Shown here piece after piece: positions 1 through 9,900 of a DNA stretch of 64,000 nt (position 1 is its first letter; each line of letters opens with the position of its first letter). The position numbers and the translations under genes are program-made. This DNA is from Candidatus Poribacteria bacterium (GTDB lineage Bacteria > Poribacteria > WGA-4E > JAJDTR01), in the NCBI GenBank assembly GCA_965222225.1, contig CBDCTK010000002.1:288001-352000 (forward strand). The letters are read 5' to 3'. The notes below the pieces were generated by a model. That model did no database searches. It saw only the letters and a list, made by a program, of their open reading frames with translations, and was not told where the DNA came from.

Positions 1-1
1 G

Positions 2-448
2 ATCCAACTGTTCTACAGCTCGCTTTCCGAGTTTGGACGCGCCGGATTTGTCATGGCGAACTCCGCCTCCGACGCCCGCGGCTCCGAATTGGAGATTCGC
101 AAAGGGATTATTCAATCCCGCGCCGTTGATGTGATGGTGGGGATCGCGTCGAACTTCTTTTATACCGTCACCCTTCCTTGCATGCTCTGGTTCTTCGACA
201 AATCCAAACGGGGAAGCGAGCGAGAAGATAAGGTGCTGTTTATAGATGCTCGAGGCCATTATCAGCAGATGACCCGCGCGCATCGGGGTTTCACGCCGCA
301 GCAGGTTGAGTTCCTAGCCAACATCACGCGGCTCTACCGCGGCGAAGCACCGGAAAACCAACACGATAGCGCGGAATTACTGACGACTCATTTTCCCGAC
401 GAACAATACGTTGATGTTCCGGGGCTTTGCAAAGCCGTAACCATTTAG
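2..448 (+). pseudogene. hsdM: Type I RM methyltransferase subunit HsdM, 3' part; enters from the left edge and is truncated at the IS end
   Basis: Frame is open from position 2 ([26 protein letters not shown]...[16 protein letters not shown]...VLFIDAR...[11 protein letters not shown]), typical of N6-adenine HsdM. The TAG stop lies inside the IS inverted repeat, and the usual C-terminal tail (SLNPGRYVG plus helix) is absent. Confidence 0.85.
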
Positions 449-1490
449 GAGTTACGCAGTTGGCTGAAGCGTATAAAGAGGTTGTGCCAAATAAGCCCGT
501 ACCGCATCTCTGACAATAGAGAGTTTTGCATCAAACCAACTGATACCGGTATGATAGCAATAGTGCTCAATTCTCAGAAAGGCTCTCAGCGCTAAACCGA
601 TATGATTTCTTTGAGTGCGAGCAGAGCGCACTTGTGCGCGTTCAATGCCAACAAATTGCTTAATCCCGCGATGATATTCTTCTATTGTCCAAGACCATTC
701 GGCATATTTGAGACGCGTCAATTCGTCCATCTGTAAATCATTCGTTGCCCAATATTCAATGTCACCTTCTGGAGTGTCAACCTTAAATACTCGAATCAAT
801 CCATAGCCTTTGAGATGGACAATTGTACCTGTTGATTCACTCGGAAGCGTACTCACCGGACGGTTACCGGAATAATCTTTACTGACAAGTCGGTTGGCAG
901 CTAGACGAGTAAGCCACTTCCAACCATGACCTCGCACCGCTTTTAGATTCTTTAGACTGGCATACCAACTATCAAAACACACACATTCAGGAGCAAAACC
1001 GCGTGTTTTCGCTTCTTCAAGCATGGCGCGGAAATGCTCATTCTTCGTCAAGCCGTCTTTGGCTTTATCATAGATTCGATAATCACACGGAATATGTCTA
1101 TCGCCATCCGTCCAGAGCAAAGTGACCAAGTTAATCCCATTCACAACTCGGTGGTGTTTCCCTGACCAGTGTTTTGTCACGAGTTCAATCTTTTGTGAAT
1201 AAGGTTTATCCAGAGTCGAGTCATCTATAACTAAAATTCCGGATTCTAATTTCACCTGATTTCTCGATTCTTGCCACAGTTTGCCAGTATCGGGTTCCTC
1301 TCGATGCAAGAGCCGTGTTATCGAATCGTGAGCCGGAGGATTATCAGCTTGGGGTTGAACTTTTTCCGATTCAAGACAACTGTAACTTTTCTGAGCGGCT
1401 ACCAAGAAATCAATATAGTCAGTGTCAGTATATTTAGGGGGATTCATACTCAAATTATAACCTATTTTCACTCAACTGCGTAACTCCTAA
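445..1490 (-). mobile_element. IS701-family insertion sequence
   Basis: Perfect 18-bp terminal inverted repeat, TTAGGAGTTACGCAGTTG (445-462) / CAACTGCGTAACTCCTAA (1473-1490), enclosing one DDE transposase. Composition is more AT-rich than the left flank. Confidence 0.9.
452..1447 (-). CDS. IS701-family DDE transposase
   Basis: Motifs LVIDDSTLDKPYS, HWSGKHH, CFDSWY and WTIEEYHRGIKQ. Likely start is MNPPKY at ATG 1447. Confidence 0.9.
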   Translation of the reverse strand: MNPPKYTDTDYIDFLVAAQKSYSCLESEKVQPQADNPPAHDSITRLLHREEPDTGKLWQESRNQVKLESGILVIDDSTLDKPYSQKIELVTKHWSGKHHRVVNGINLVTLLWTDGDRHIPCDYRIYDKAKDGLTKNEHFRAMLEEAKTRGFAPECVCFDSWYASLKNLKAVRGHGWKWLTRLAANRLVSKDYSGNRPVSTLPSESTGTIVHLKGYGLIRVFKVDTPEGDIEYWATNDLQMDELTRLKYAEWSWTIEEYHRGIKQFVGIERAQVRSARTQRNHIGLALRAFLRIEHYCYHTGISWFDAKLSIVRDAVRAYLAQPLYTLQPTA

Positions 1491-1596
1491 GTTCATCTCT
1501 ATGGAGTATTATGCTTCACAGGGAGTTGAGTGGCGAGTTTCTGAACTGCCGGTCCAAATAAAGGACGGGTTGCGCGTTAATCCTAGAGGTATTGGT

Positions 1597-2877
1597 ATGA
1601 TTCGGACCAAGAAAATCAAGGAGTTGCCGATAACGATTATTGATGGCGATCGATCTAGCAGGTATCCTAAAAGAGGTGAGTTTCGGAAGAAAGGCATCCT
1701 TTTTCTCAACACCGCGAATATCGTTCAGAATAGATTAGATTTAACCGAGGCGAATTATGTTTCGTCGGAAAAATTCGATGAGATTAGGAAGGGACGGCTT
1801 CAACGATATGATATCGTGATGACTACCCGAGGGAGTATTGGGAAGGTAGCACTTTTTGATAGTAATCCACCGGCGGGCTTGATTAATGCCCAAATGCTTA
1901 TTCTACGAGCTGACGGTGAAGTGCTCGATCAGAAGTTTCTGTTTTACCAATTCTGTAGCGATGATTTTCAGATTAAATTGAGCAACTTCGCTTCTGGTTC
2001 AGCTCAGCCACAGCTCCCAATTGTGGACTTAAAGGAAATTGAAATTGGAGTTCCGCCGCTCCCAACCCAACGTAAAATCGCCGCCATCCTCGGCAACTAC
2101 GACGACCTCATCGAAAACAACACCCGCCGCATCAAGATCCTTGAGGAGATGGCGGGTACCATCTACCGCGAATGGTTTGTCGAATTCCGATTTCCCGGAC
2201 ATGAGAATGTGAAGATGGTGGAATCGGAGTTGGGGTTGATTCCGCAGGGATGGGAAATAGCAAGACTTAGTGATGTTGTCGAAAACACTAAGGAACACGT
2301 AAAGCCGGGAAAGCAACTAGAAGGGTTGCCCTATGTTCCAATTGATTGTATTTCTAGACGTTCGATAGCACTAAGCCAACACAAACCACATACTGAAGCC
2401 AAGAGCAGCCTAATCACCTTCAAAAGAAATGATATCCTGTTTGGTGCAATGCGATCTTATTTCCACAAGGTAGTTTTGGCCCCTTTTGACGGCATTACTA
2501 GACAAACCTGTTTTGTTTTGAGATCAAGAAACCGAAAGAATAATCCTTTTAATCTCTTTACGACGTTTCAAGATTCAACCATTACATATGCTAGCAATCA
2601 TTCAACCGGAAGTACAATTCCTTACACGATGTGGGATGGGGCATTGGCTATAATGCCAATCGTTAAACCGCCAGACCGATTGATTCAACTATTCAGTGAG
2701 ATTGTTGGTCCGATGCTAGAGTTAATTCAGATGCTATCCATGCGGAACACCATTCTCCGGAAAAACCGCGACCTATTGCTCCCCAAGCTCATCTCCGGCG
2801 AGATTGACGTATCCGATTTGGACATCGGCGCCGACCTATACTGCTCACAAGAAGGAGAGAAATCCTATGCAGCCTGA
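1597..2877 (+). CDS. hsdS: Type I RM specificity subunit HsdS
   Basis: Two variable TRDs with conserved spacers (GSAQPQL, PPLPTQRKIAAIL, YREWFV.FRFPGHE, RDLLLPKLISGE). ATG 1597 follows AGAGGT; the ORF track starts at 1501. Confidence 0.93.
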   Translation: MIRTKKIKELPITIIDGDRSSRYPKRGEFRKKGILFLNTANIVQNRLDLTEANYVSSEKFDEIRKGRLQRYDIVMTTRGSIGKVALFDSNPPAGLINAQMLILRADGEVLDQKFLFYQFCSDDFQIKLSNFASGSAQPQLPIVDLKEIEIGVPPLPTQRKIAAILGNYDDLIENNTRRIKILEEMAGTIYREWFVEFRFPGHENVKMVESELGLIPQGWEIARLSDVVENTKEHVKPGKQLEGLPYVPIDCISRRSIALSQHKPHTEAKSSLITFKRNDILFGAMRSYFHKVVLAPFDGITRQTCFVLRSRNRKNNPFNLFTTFQDSTITYASNHSTGSTIPYTMWDGALAIMPIVKPPDRLIQLFSEIVGPMLELIQMLSMRNTILRKNRDLLLPKLISGEIDVSDLDIGADLYCSQEGEKSYAA

Positions 2878-3142
2878 ACCTACGCAAAGCTGGACAGACC
2901 GAATCGTCATTGACGAGAAAATACTAACCGGAAAACCTGTCATCAAAGGCACCCGTTTAGCCGTTGAGTTCATTATTGACCTGTTAGCGCACGGGTGGAG
3001 CGAGGAAGAGATTCTTGAAAATTACCCCGGCATAGTGGTTGAGGACATTCGGGCATGTCTCGCTTACGCAAGCGCCACGCTGCATGCCGAGAAGGTTTAC
3101 CCATTTCCCACGAGGTTAAGGGATGCGCTACTTGGCAAATGA
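2867..3142 (+). CDS. DUF433 antitoxin (VapB45-like)
   Basis: Motif ILTGKPVIKGTRLAVEFIIDLLAHGWSEEEILENYP. RBS GAAGGAG precedes ATG 2867. Overlaps the following PIN-like gene. Confidence 0.9.
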   Translation: MQPEPTQSWTDRIVIDEKILTGKPVIKGTRLAVEFIIDLLAHGWSEEEILENYPGIVVEDIRACLAYASATLHAEKVYPFPTRLRDALLGK

Positions 3143-3485
3143 GAATTTTCCCGAATTAGCAGTCACAGCCATTCGTTTACGCGGGCACGATGTCGTATGG
3201 ATACGCGAAGATGACCCCGGCATCAGCGACTTTGAAGTATTGGCTCGCGCCACAACAGAGGAGCGGATACTTATTACGCTTGACAAAGATTTCGGCGAGT
3301 TAGTATTCCGACTAGGACTCAACGCGCCTTCGGGGATCGTCTTGTTTCGTATTCCGCCGCGTTCAGCATCAGTCATTGCCCAAACGGCGGCTAACATACT
3401 GGACAGTCGATCTAACTGGGCAGGACACTTTTCCGTTGTTAGTGAAAATCGTGTCCGTATGACACCACTTCTACCGGCGTATTGA
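3123..3485 (+). CDS. DUF5615 PIN-like toxin (VapC45-like)
   Basis: MRYLANENFP...GHDV...ILITLDKDFGEL pattern, coupled to DUF433. Confidence 0.88.
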   Translation: MRYLANENFPELAVTAIRLRGHDVVWIREDDPGISDFEVLARATTEERILITLDKDFGELVFRLGLNAPSGIVLFRIPPRSASVIAQTAANILDSRSNWAGHFSVVSENRVRMTPLLPAY

Positions 3486-3580
3486 ACGAGAAGCCGCGTC
3501 GTCCTAGACCCATGGCCTGCTTCTCGCCACACTCATCTCTGGCGAACCTGGCGCATCGAAACTCAATGTGAACACTGGCA
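3486..3580 (+). repeat. Degenerate copy of the hsdS 3' end
   Basis: Translates as NEKPRR..THGLLLATLISGEPGASKLNV, versus hsdS NTILRKNRDLLLPKLISGEIDVSDLDI (about 2745-2826). DNA ctcatctctggcga matches ctcatctccggcga. Confidence 0.6.
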
Positions 3581-3721
3581 CCATAGAATCAAGCACAGAA
3601 GACTCCGACTCCGATCATGATGCAATTGTACAGTAGCGACGATTCTTTTGCGGAAATACCGATGTTATGCTAAAATTCGCAGGGCTTAGAATTTGGCATT
3701 GAAAAGAGGAGGTGACCAGCG

Positions 3722-4909
3722 ATGTTTGAAGGGACAGCACCATTGCAGAAAATACATATCAAAAACTTTCTTAGCCTGCGCGATGTTGAACTTCCCCTAA
3801 AGCGTTTGACTGTGCTGGTGGGACCTAATGCTTGCGGGAAATCAAATCTCATGAAAGCCTTGCGCCTTCTCAGGGAAATGATGATTGATGAAGAACTGCC
3901 CTCGGTCAAAACCATCCAAGAATCCCTTTGGGCAGGTGAGGCAAACCACATCGCCTTCGGATTACAAACAGCACTGCAGGAATCTCGCATCGAATATGAC
4001 CTAATCATCGAAGCAAAAGTAGACAATCTTGCTGTTGCCGAGACTCTGTCGGTTAACGATGTCCAACTCATATCAACTCGGAACGGGGAGGGATGGGTTC
4101 GGGATGAAGACTGCCAAAAGGCGATAGAATGCAAGTCCAACAAACTCGCTGTGAGCGCCGTAGGCGATTATCGAATTCAACCGATTACAAAGGCTTTCGC
4201 GCAGTCTATTCAAGGCTGGCAAATCTATGATTTTCGGCCCGACCTCATACGACGAGGTCTACAAAGACTTCCGTCCGTTGACAAGCCTAGCTTGCGTGAA
4301 ACCAAAGCCGCGGAATATTCTATAAAACAGCGGAATCGTCTGCCACTATCTCACGATCTCTGGGATTGGTACCACAACGATCGAGAGCGTTTTGAAAGCG
4401 TGAACCAATCCCTTCAAGCAAGTATGAATTTCAAGCTCGATCAACGCGAGATTGATGGCGATAGTCAGTTCTGCCTCTTGGGAAAACACACGCAGCCGAT
4501 TCCTTTGACAAGAGCGTCCGATGGCACGCTGCGCTTTCTTGAATATTATATTCTGCTCAATCTGCCAAACCCGCCGTCACTCATCGCACTTGAGGAACCG
4601 GAGCGAAATCTGCATCCCGATGCTATACTAGCCGTTGCAGATTTTCTTGAGCAACTTGCCAAAGGCAGCCAAGTCATTATTACAACCCACAGTTCTCAAC
4701 TCCTTGATACCTTTGATTCCGAGAGTTTATCGGACTTACTTGAGGTTCTGTTGTTGCGTAACCCTCAAGGTCGCGGCACGGAAGTCACCAATCTCGAGGA
4801 AATTCGCGGTAACCGACCTGCGCTCGACGGTTGGATTACGGATTTCGGAATCGGCAGCGCGATTTTTCATAGTGCACTCCTGCCGAAGTCAATGGAGGAG
4901 TCCGGATGA
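3722..4909 (+). CDS. ABC/AAA_21-type ATPase (defence-associated)
   Basis: Walker A GPNACGKSN, signature ASDGT, Walker B IALEEPERNLHP, H-loop ITTHS. No transmembrane partner. Confidence 0.88.
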   Translation: MFEGTAPLQKIHIKNFLSLRDVELPLKRLTVLVGPNACGKSNLMKALRLLREMMIDEELPSVKTIQESLWAGEANHIAFGLQTALQESRIEYDLIIEAKVDNLAVAETLSVNDVQLISTRNGEGWVRDEDCQKAIECKSNKLAVSAVGDYRIQPITKAFAQSIQGWQIYDFRPDLIRRGLQRLPSVDKPSLRETKAAEYSIKQRNRLPLSHDLWDWYHNDRERFESVNQSLQASMNFKLDQREIDGDSQFCLLGKHTQPIPLTRASDGTLRFLEYYILLNLPNPPSLIALEEPERNLHPDAILAVADFLEQLAKGSQVIITTHSSQLLDTFDSESLSDLLEVLLLRNPQGRGTEVTNLEEIRGNRPALDGWITDFGIGSAIFHSALLPKSMEESG

Positions 4910-5679
4910 GTACCATAAGAATCTGGGCTTTGGAATCGGACCACGATGCTAAAGCGGTCGAGTGTTTGGCAAATAAGTTAAAATCCTACCTGCAACTCGG
5001 AGATTTGCGCATTGAATCATCTGGTGCAAGTACACTCTCGGAAATCCAAGCGCGTGTGCGCAAGTCACTTCCGAGGCGCGCGAGAAGAAATGTGACATCG
5101 GACGCGCCGCTTAAGCGAGCAACTCACGATTATCTGAAGGACGAGGCGTGCGTAATTTTCGTCATTGACCAAGATAGTCCGAAGTCTCTCAATCAACGAC
5201 GACAGGAACCGAATTCGCTAATCAACCAGATTGAGGCGGTCATCAACGAACCGAGCCTTGACGGCAAAGTATTTCTCGCGCTGGCTGTTCAGGAGCTTGA
5301 GGCATGGCTACTAATTGATTGCATAGGGATTCTTTATTATTTCGCTAGTGAAACCGGAGCATTGACGGAAAACGAACGTGATAAAACCTCAACAAACCCA
5401 TCGTTCGCGCAATTGGTTGATGATTTTCAGGAAGCCAATACTGAAGACATTGTGGAGGAGGAAATCGGAGGAAGCGGTCCTAAAGAGTATTTGTTCAAGT
5501 TCTCGGAAGCGATACTGCGCAAGCTCAATCCAAACCTTCGCCAAATAGACATTTTCCGTCAGCGCTATCGTCCAACAATGTCGCCAGCGATGGCATATTA
5601 TGTGGATATCAACGAACAAACATTGCGACGGAACAATTCCCTGCGTAAACTAGGTGAGAGGCTCGCCCAATTCAAGTAA
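4906..5679 (+). CDS. DUF4276-like TOPRIM-fold protein, putative nuclease
   Basis: IWALESDHD (TOPRIM Glu), IFVIDQD (DxD) and AVQELEAWLL. ATGA overlap with the ATPase gene. Confidence 0.75.
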   Translation: MSTIRIWALESDHDAKAVECLANKLKSYLQLGDLRIESSGASTLSEIQARVRKSLPRRARRNVTSDAPLKRATHDYLKDEACVIFVIDQDSPKSLNQRRQEPNSLINQIEAVINEPSLDGKVFLALAVQELEAWLLIDCIGILYYFASETGALTENERDKTSTNPSFAQLVDDFQEANTEDIVEEEIGGSGPKEYLFKFSEAILRKLNPNLRQIDIFRQRYRPTMSPAMAYYVDINEQTLRRNNSLRKLGERLAQFK

Positions 5680-5720
5680 GTTGACGTTGTCCTTGCCAAT
5701 TGCCTTTTATTTACGAGTAA

Positions 5721-6731
5721 ATGACAATGACTAAAATATCCGAACCGATAACCCTGGAAGAATTGTTGCCGCTAATCCAAGAATTATCTCAAAACAAGCG
5801 TGAACAACTGCGTGAGCTGCTTGAAACAGACTCGGCAACCTGGAAGGGGAAGTGGGAAAATATCAGTTCCCATTTTCGGGATGCCTTCGCGAACACGCCC
5901 GAAGGCGATGTGATACGAGATTTTGATGACGCACTGGCGGAAGTCAGACGCGAACAGAGCATTCACCCAAAGGAGGGAACCATGGAGTTGACGGATATCC
6001 TTGAATTCATCAGTCCAAATGCTATCCACATCAAGGGAACACGCGTAGATATCGAACTTGTGATTGAGGAATTCCTCTTCGGCTCAAATCCAAAGAGAAT
6101 CCAGCGGCGCTACCCGCATCTGACACCGCTGCAAATATACGGCTCGATAACCTACTATCTACTCAACCAAGAGCGGATGGATGCCTACATCGAAGCCGGT
6201 CGCGCCGCGGAAAGAGCCGTTATTGAGAAATATCGCAGCGATTCATCATATCGCTCGTCGCCAAGTGTCAGTTCCCAGTACCTGAAATCCTCCGCGGGCG
6301 GGAGCGATAAGGCGGTCGTCCGAGAGTCTGCCCCCAAGATGGCGCAGGTTGGCGCCGAGGGAAGCACCGAGACAAAAACAGGAAACCTGAACATTCGGGA
6401 TATCTTTGAATTTATCAGCCCGGACGCGATTCGGATTAAGGGCACTCGCATTGATATCGAATTTGTGATTGAGGAATTCCTCGCCGATTCCAATCCAGAG
6501 GAAATTCGGCAACGCTACTCGCATCTGACGCCAACCCAAATATATAGCTCGATTACTTACTATCTACTCAACCAAAAGCGGATGGATGCCTACATTGAAG
6601 CGGGCCGAAAAGCGGAAGAAGCCGCGTGTCAAGAACAGCTTAAAAATCCGTCTCCGGGTGTAGCGCGGCTCATGAAGATTGCGGCGGAAGCCAAAGCTGC
6701 ACGGTTAAGGATCCGCGAGCTATCGGAATGA
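5721..6731 (+). CDS. Protein with a small helical N-terminal domain and two tandem DUF433 domains
   Basis: Two near-identical units (IHIKGTRVDIELVIEEFL...YYLLNQERMDAYIEAGR and IRIKGTRIDIEFVIEEFL...YYLLNQKRMDAYIEAGR). An internal RBS GGAGG precedes ATG 5982. Confidence 0.8.
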   Translation: MTMTKISEPITLEELLPLIQELSQNKREQLRELLETDSATWKGKWENISSHFRDAFANTPEGDVIRDFDDALAEVRREQSIHPKEGTMELTDILEFISPNAIHIKGTRVDIELVIEEFLFGSNPKRIQRRYPHLTPLQIYGSITYYLLNQERMDAYIEAGRAAERAVIEKYRSDSSYRSSPSVSSQYLKSSAGGSDKAVVRESAPKMAQVGAEGSTETKTGNLNIRDIFEFISPDAIRIKGTRIDIEFVIEEFLADSNPEEIRQRYSHLTPTQIYSSITYYLLNQKRMDAYIEAGRKAEEAACQEQLKNPSPGVARLMKIAAEAKAARLRIRELSE

Positions 6732-6732
6732 T

Positions 6733-6981
6733 TTGAGTCGCTATATCCTGTGGAATCTCTATCGTACTAGGATCTTTATCGTTCGCCTTATTTGCTTGGT
6801 CGATCTATTTGTTCCGTCAATCCCTACAAAAAATGGTGGGCAGTGCCCACCCTACAAATTTACTCGTGCTTTTAGAGGCTGGTGCGCAGTGCGCACCCTA
6901 CAAGGGTACAATGTCGAGTCAAGGCGCGTCGGCGCGCCAGAAGATTTCCAAGACCAGATAACACGCATTCTGTACCGATAG
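6733..6981 (+). pseudogene. Possible relic of a DUF5615 toxin interrupted by REP repeats
   Basis: Start MSRYILWNL and end PEDFQDQITRILYR loosely resemble DUF5615 termini. The middle is occupied by two REP palindromes. Confidence 0.3.
6834..6901 (-). repeat. Pair of GTAG-type REP palindromes
   Basis: TGGTGGGCAGTGCCCACCCTAC (6834-6855) and GGTGCGCAGTGCGCACCCTAC (6881-6901). The first is the exact reverse complement of 13369-13390. Confidence 0.8.
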
Positions 6982-6991
6982 CCGGTGACTG

Positions 6992-9900
6992 ATGCAAAAT
7001 CCCTACAGCGAAGACCAACTGATTGAACAACCCGCCATCGGTCTGCTCGTTGAACTTGGGTGGGAGAGGTTGGACTGTTTTGACGAGTTTTCGCAGGTCG
7101 GTGGGAGCCCGCTCGGTAGAGAGACGAAGTCGGAGGTCGTGCTGACGTCGCGCTTGCGCCCCGCATTACGACGACTCAACCCCGATGCCTCGGACGCTGC
7201 CGTTGACTCGGCAATCGAGGAACTCACCCGCCCGCGTTCCGCCATGAGCCTCGCCGCCGCCAATCGGGAGATTTATGAACTCTTGAAGGACGGCGTGAGG
7301 GTGACGGTAAGTGATCCGGATGGCGAAGAGGAACTCGTCGAAGTCCTCCGCGTCATTGATTGGAGTTCCCCGGCAAACAACGATTTCCTCGCCGCATCTC
7401 AAATGTGGATTGCCGGCGAAACCTACCAGCGGCGACCGGACCTCATCGGTTTTGTCAACGGCATACCCCTGCTGCTAATGGAGTTCAAACGGATTGACGA
7501 ACCCGTTTACTCCGCCTACCACGACAATCTCCGCGACTACAAGGACACCATTCCCCACCTGTTCTGGTACAATGCCCTGATTATCGTCTCCAACGGCTCC
7601 GAGAGCCGATTCGGCGGGTTCACCGCCAGTTGGGAGCACTTCGCCGAATGGAAACGAGTCAGCTCCGAGGAGGAGCAGGGGGCGAGTTCGTTGGAGACGA
7701 TGCTCAGGGGACTGTGCGATCACGAACGGCTGCTTGACCTCATCGAAAACTTCACGCTCTTCATGGAGGCGCAAGGCGGACTCATCAAGCTTATCGCTAA
7801 GAACCATCAATACTTGGGCGCGAATAACGCCATCCGAGCCCTGCGGGGAATTGAATCAAACCGTGGAAAGCTGGGCGTGTTCTGGCATACACAAGGCTCC
7901 GGGAAAAGCGTGTCAATGATTTTCTTCGCCCAAAAGGTATTGAGAAAGATTCCCGGAAACTGGAGTTTTGTCCTTGTGACCGACCGGGTGGAGTTGGACA
8001 ACCAGCTCTACAAAAACTTCGCGGATTGCAGCGGGGTTGTGATAGGGCAGGAGGTTCATGCGGAAAGTGTAGTGCATCTTCGGCAACTTCTAAGCGAAGA
8101 CCATCGGTATATTTTCACCCTCATCCACAAGTTTCAAACAAGAGCCGGCGAAGAGCATCCGGTGCTCTCCGATCGATCAGACATCATTGTCATCACGGAT
8201 GAATCCCACCGCAGTCAATACGACACCTTGGCGCTGAACATGCGAACCGCGCTGCCCAACGCGGCGTTCATCGCCTTCACCGGCACCCCGCTCATCGCCG
8301 GCGAGGAGAAAACGAGGCAGGTTTTCGGCGATTATGTCTCAATCTACAACTTCAAGCAGTCGGTCGAGGATGGCGCGACGCTGCCGCTATTCTACGAGAA
8401 TCGAGTTCCGGCGCTGCAACTCACTAACGAAGACCTCAACGAAGAACTTGAGGGCATTCTTGAGGACGCCGAACTTGACGAGGCGCAGGAATCCAAGCTT
8501 GAGAAGGAGTTTTCCAGAGAGTATAACCTCATCACACGGGAAGACCGCTTGGACGCCATCGCGAAAGACATCGTCTCCCACTTTATGGGACGCGGCTATC
8601 GGGGCAAGGCGATGGTCATCTCGGTCGACAAAGCCACGACTGTCAAGATGTACGACAGAGCGCAAGCCCACTGGAAAGGTTACCTCGGAGGTCTCCGAGC
8701 GGAGTTAGATAGCACGACCTCACCCGATCTGCGCGATCCGCTTGCGGCAAAGATTCAGTACATGGACGAGACGGATATGGGCGTCGTGGTATCTCAATCG
8801 CAAAACGAGATTGACGACCTGAGACAGAAGGGGGTGGACATCGTGCCGCACCGCAGACGAATGGTTAACGAGGATTTGGATACCAAGTTCAAAGATCCGG
8901 ATGACCCGTTCCGAATCGTGTTCGTGTGTTCGATGTGGAGCACGGGTTTTGATGTCCCGTCATGCTCCACGATTTATCTCGACAAGCCTCAGCGCAACCA
9001 TACGCTGATGCAGACCATCGCCAGAGCGAATCGCGTCTTTCGTGATAAGGTCAACGGCTTGATTGTGGACTATATCGGCGTGTTCCGCCATCTTGAGAAG
9101 GCGCTTGCAACCTACGGTGGAGAGGATGACACGGAGGGCGGCAACCCGATTGTAGACAAATTGAAGCTGGTCGAGATGTTAAGAGAGGCAATCGTGGAAA
9201 TCAACGCGTTCTGCATGGGAATCGGTGTCGATCTTTTCGCGATTGACGAAGCGGAGGCGTTTGAGAAAACCGAGTTAATCGACGATGCGGTGAACAAGAT
9301 AGTGACCAACGACCCGACCAAACGGGAATATCTTCAGCTTGCCGCTAACCTCGCCAGGTTATATAAAGCCATCCTACCCGATTCGCGTGCGCAAAACTTC
9401 GTCGCGACCTGTACGCTGGTGGATATCATCGGAAAGAAGATAAGAAAGCTGACCGCATCGGCTGACATCTCCGACGTGATGGGGGAAGTGGAAGCCCTGC
9501 TTGATCGCTCGGTTGCGCCCGAAGGCTATGTTATCGAAGAAAGAGAGCACGAATGGGAGACCGACAAGCTGATCGATTTGAGCGAGATTGACTTTGAGGC
9601 GCTGCGGGAGCGGTTCAGAACCAAACGCAAACACATCGAGGCGGAGAAACTCAGGGTGGCGATAAAGGGGAAGCTAACGCAACTGGTTCACGTCAATCGC
9701 ACCCGAATGGATTTTCAGGAGAAATTCGAGGAGATGATTGCTGAGTACAACGATGGCAGAATCAAGGTAGATCTGCATTTTGATGAGTTGATTAGACTGG
9801 CTGAAGCGCTCAACGAAGAGGAGCAGCGCGCGGTCGGCGAGCGTCTTACCGAAGAGGAGTTAACCCTGTTTGACTATCTGACGCGATCCGAGGAAAATCT

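Noticed and set aside
1501-1596. N-terminal extension of HsdS in the ORF track
   Set aside because: A better RBS precedes ATG 1597; the extension abuts the IS end and is probably leftover sequence.
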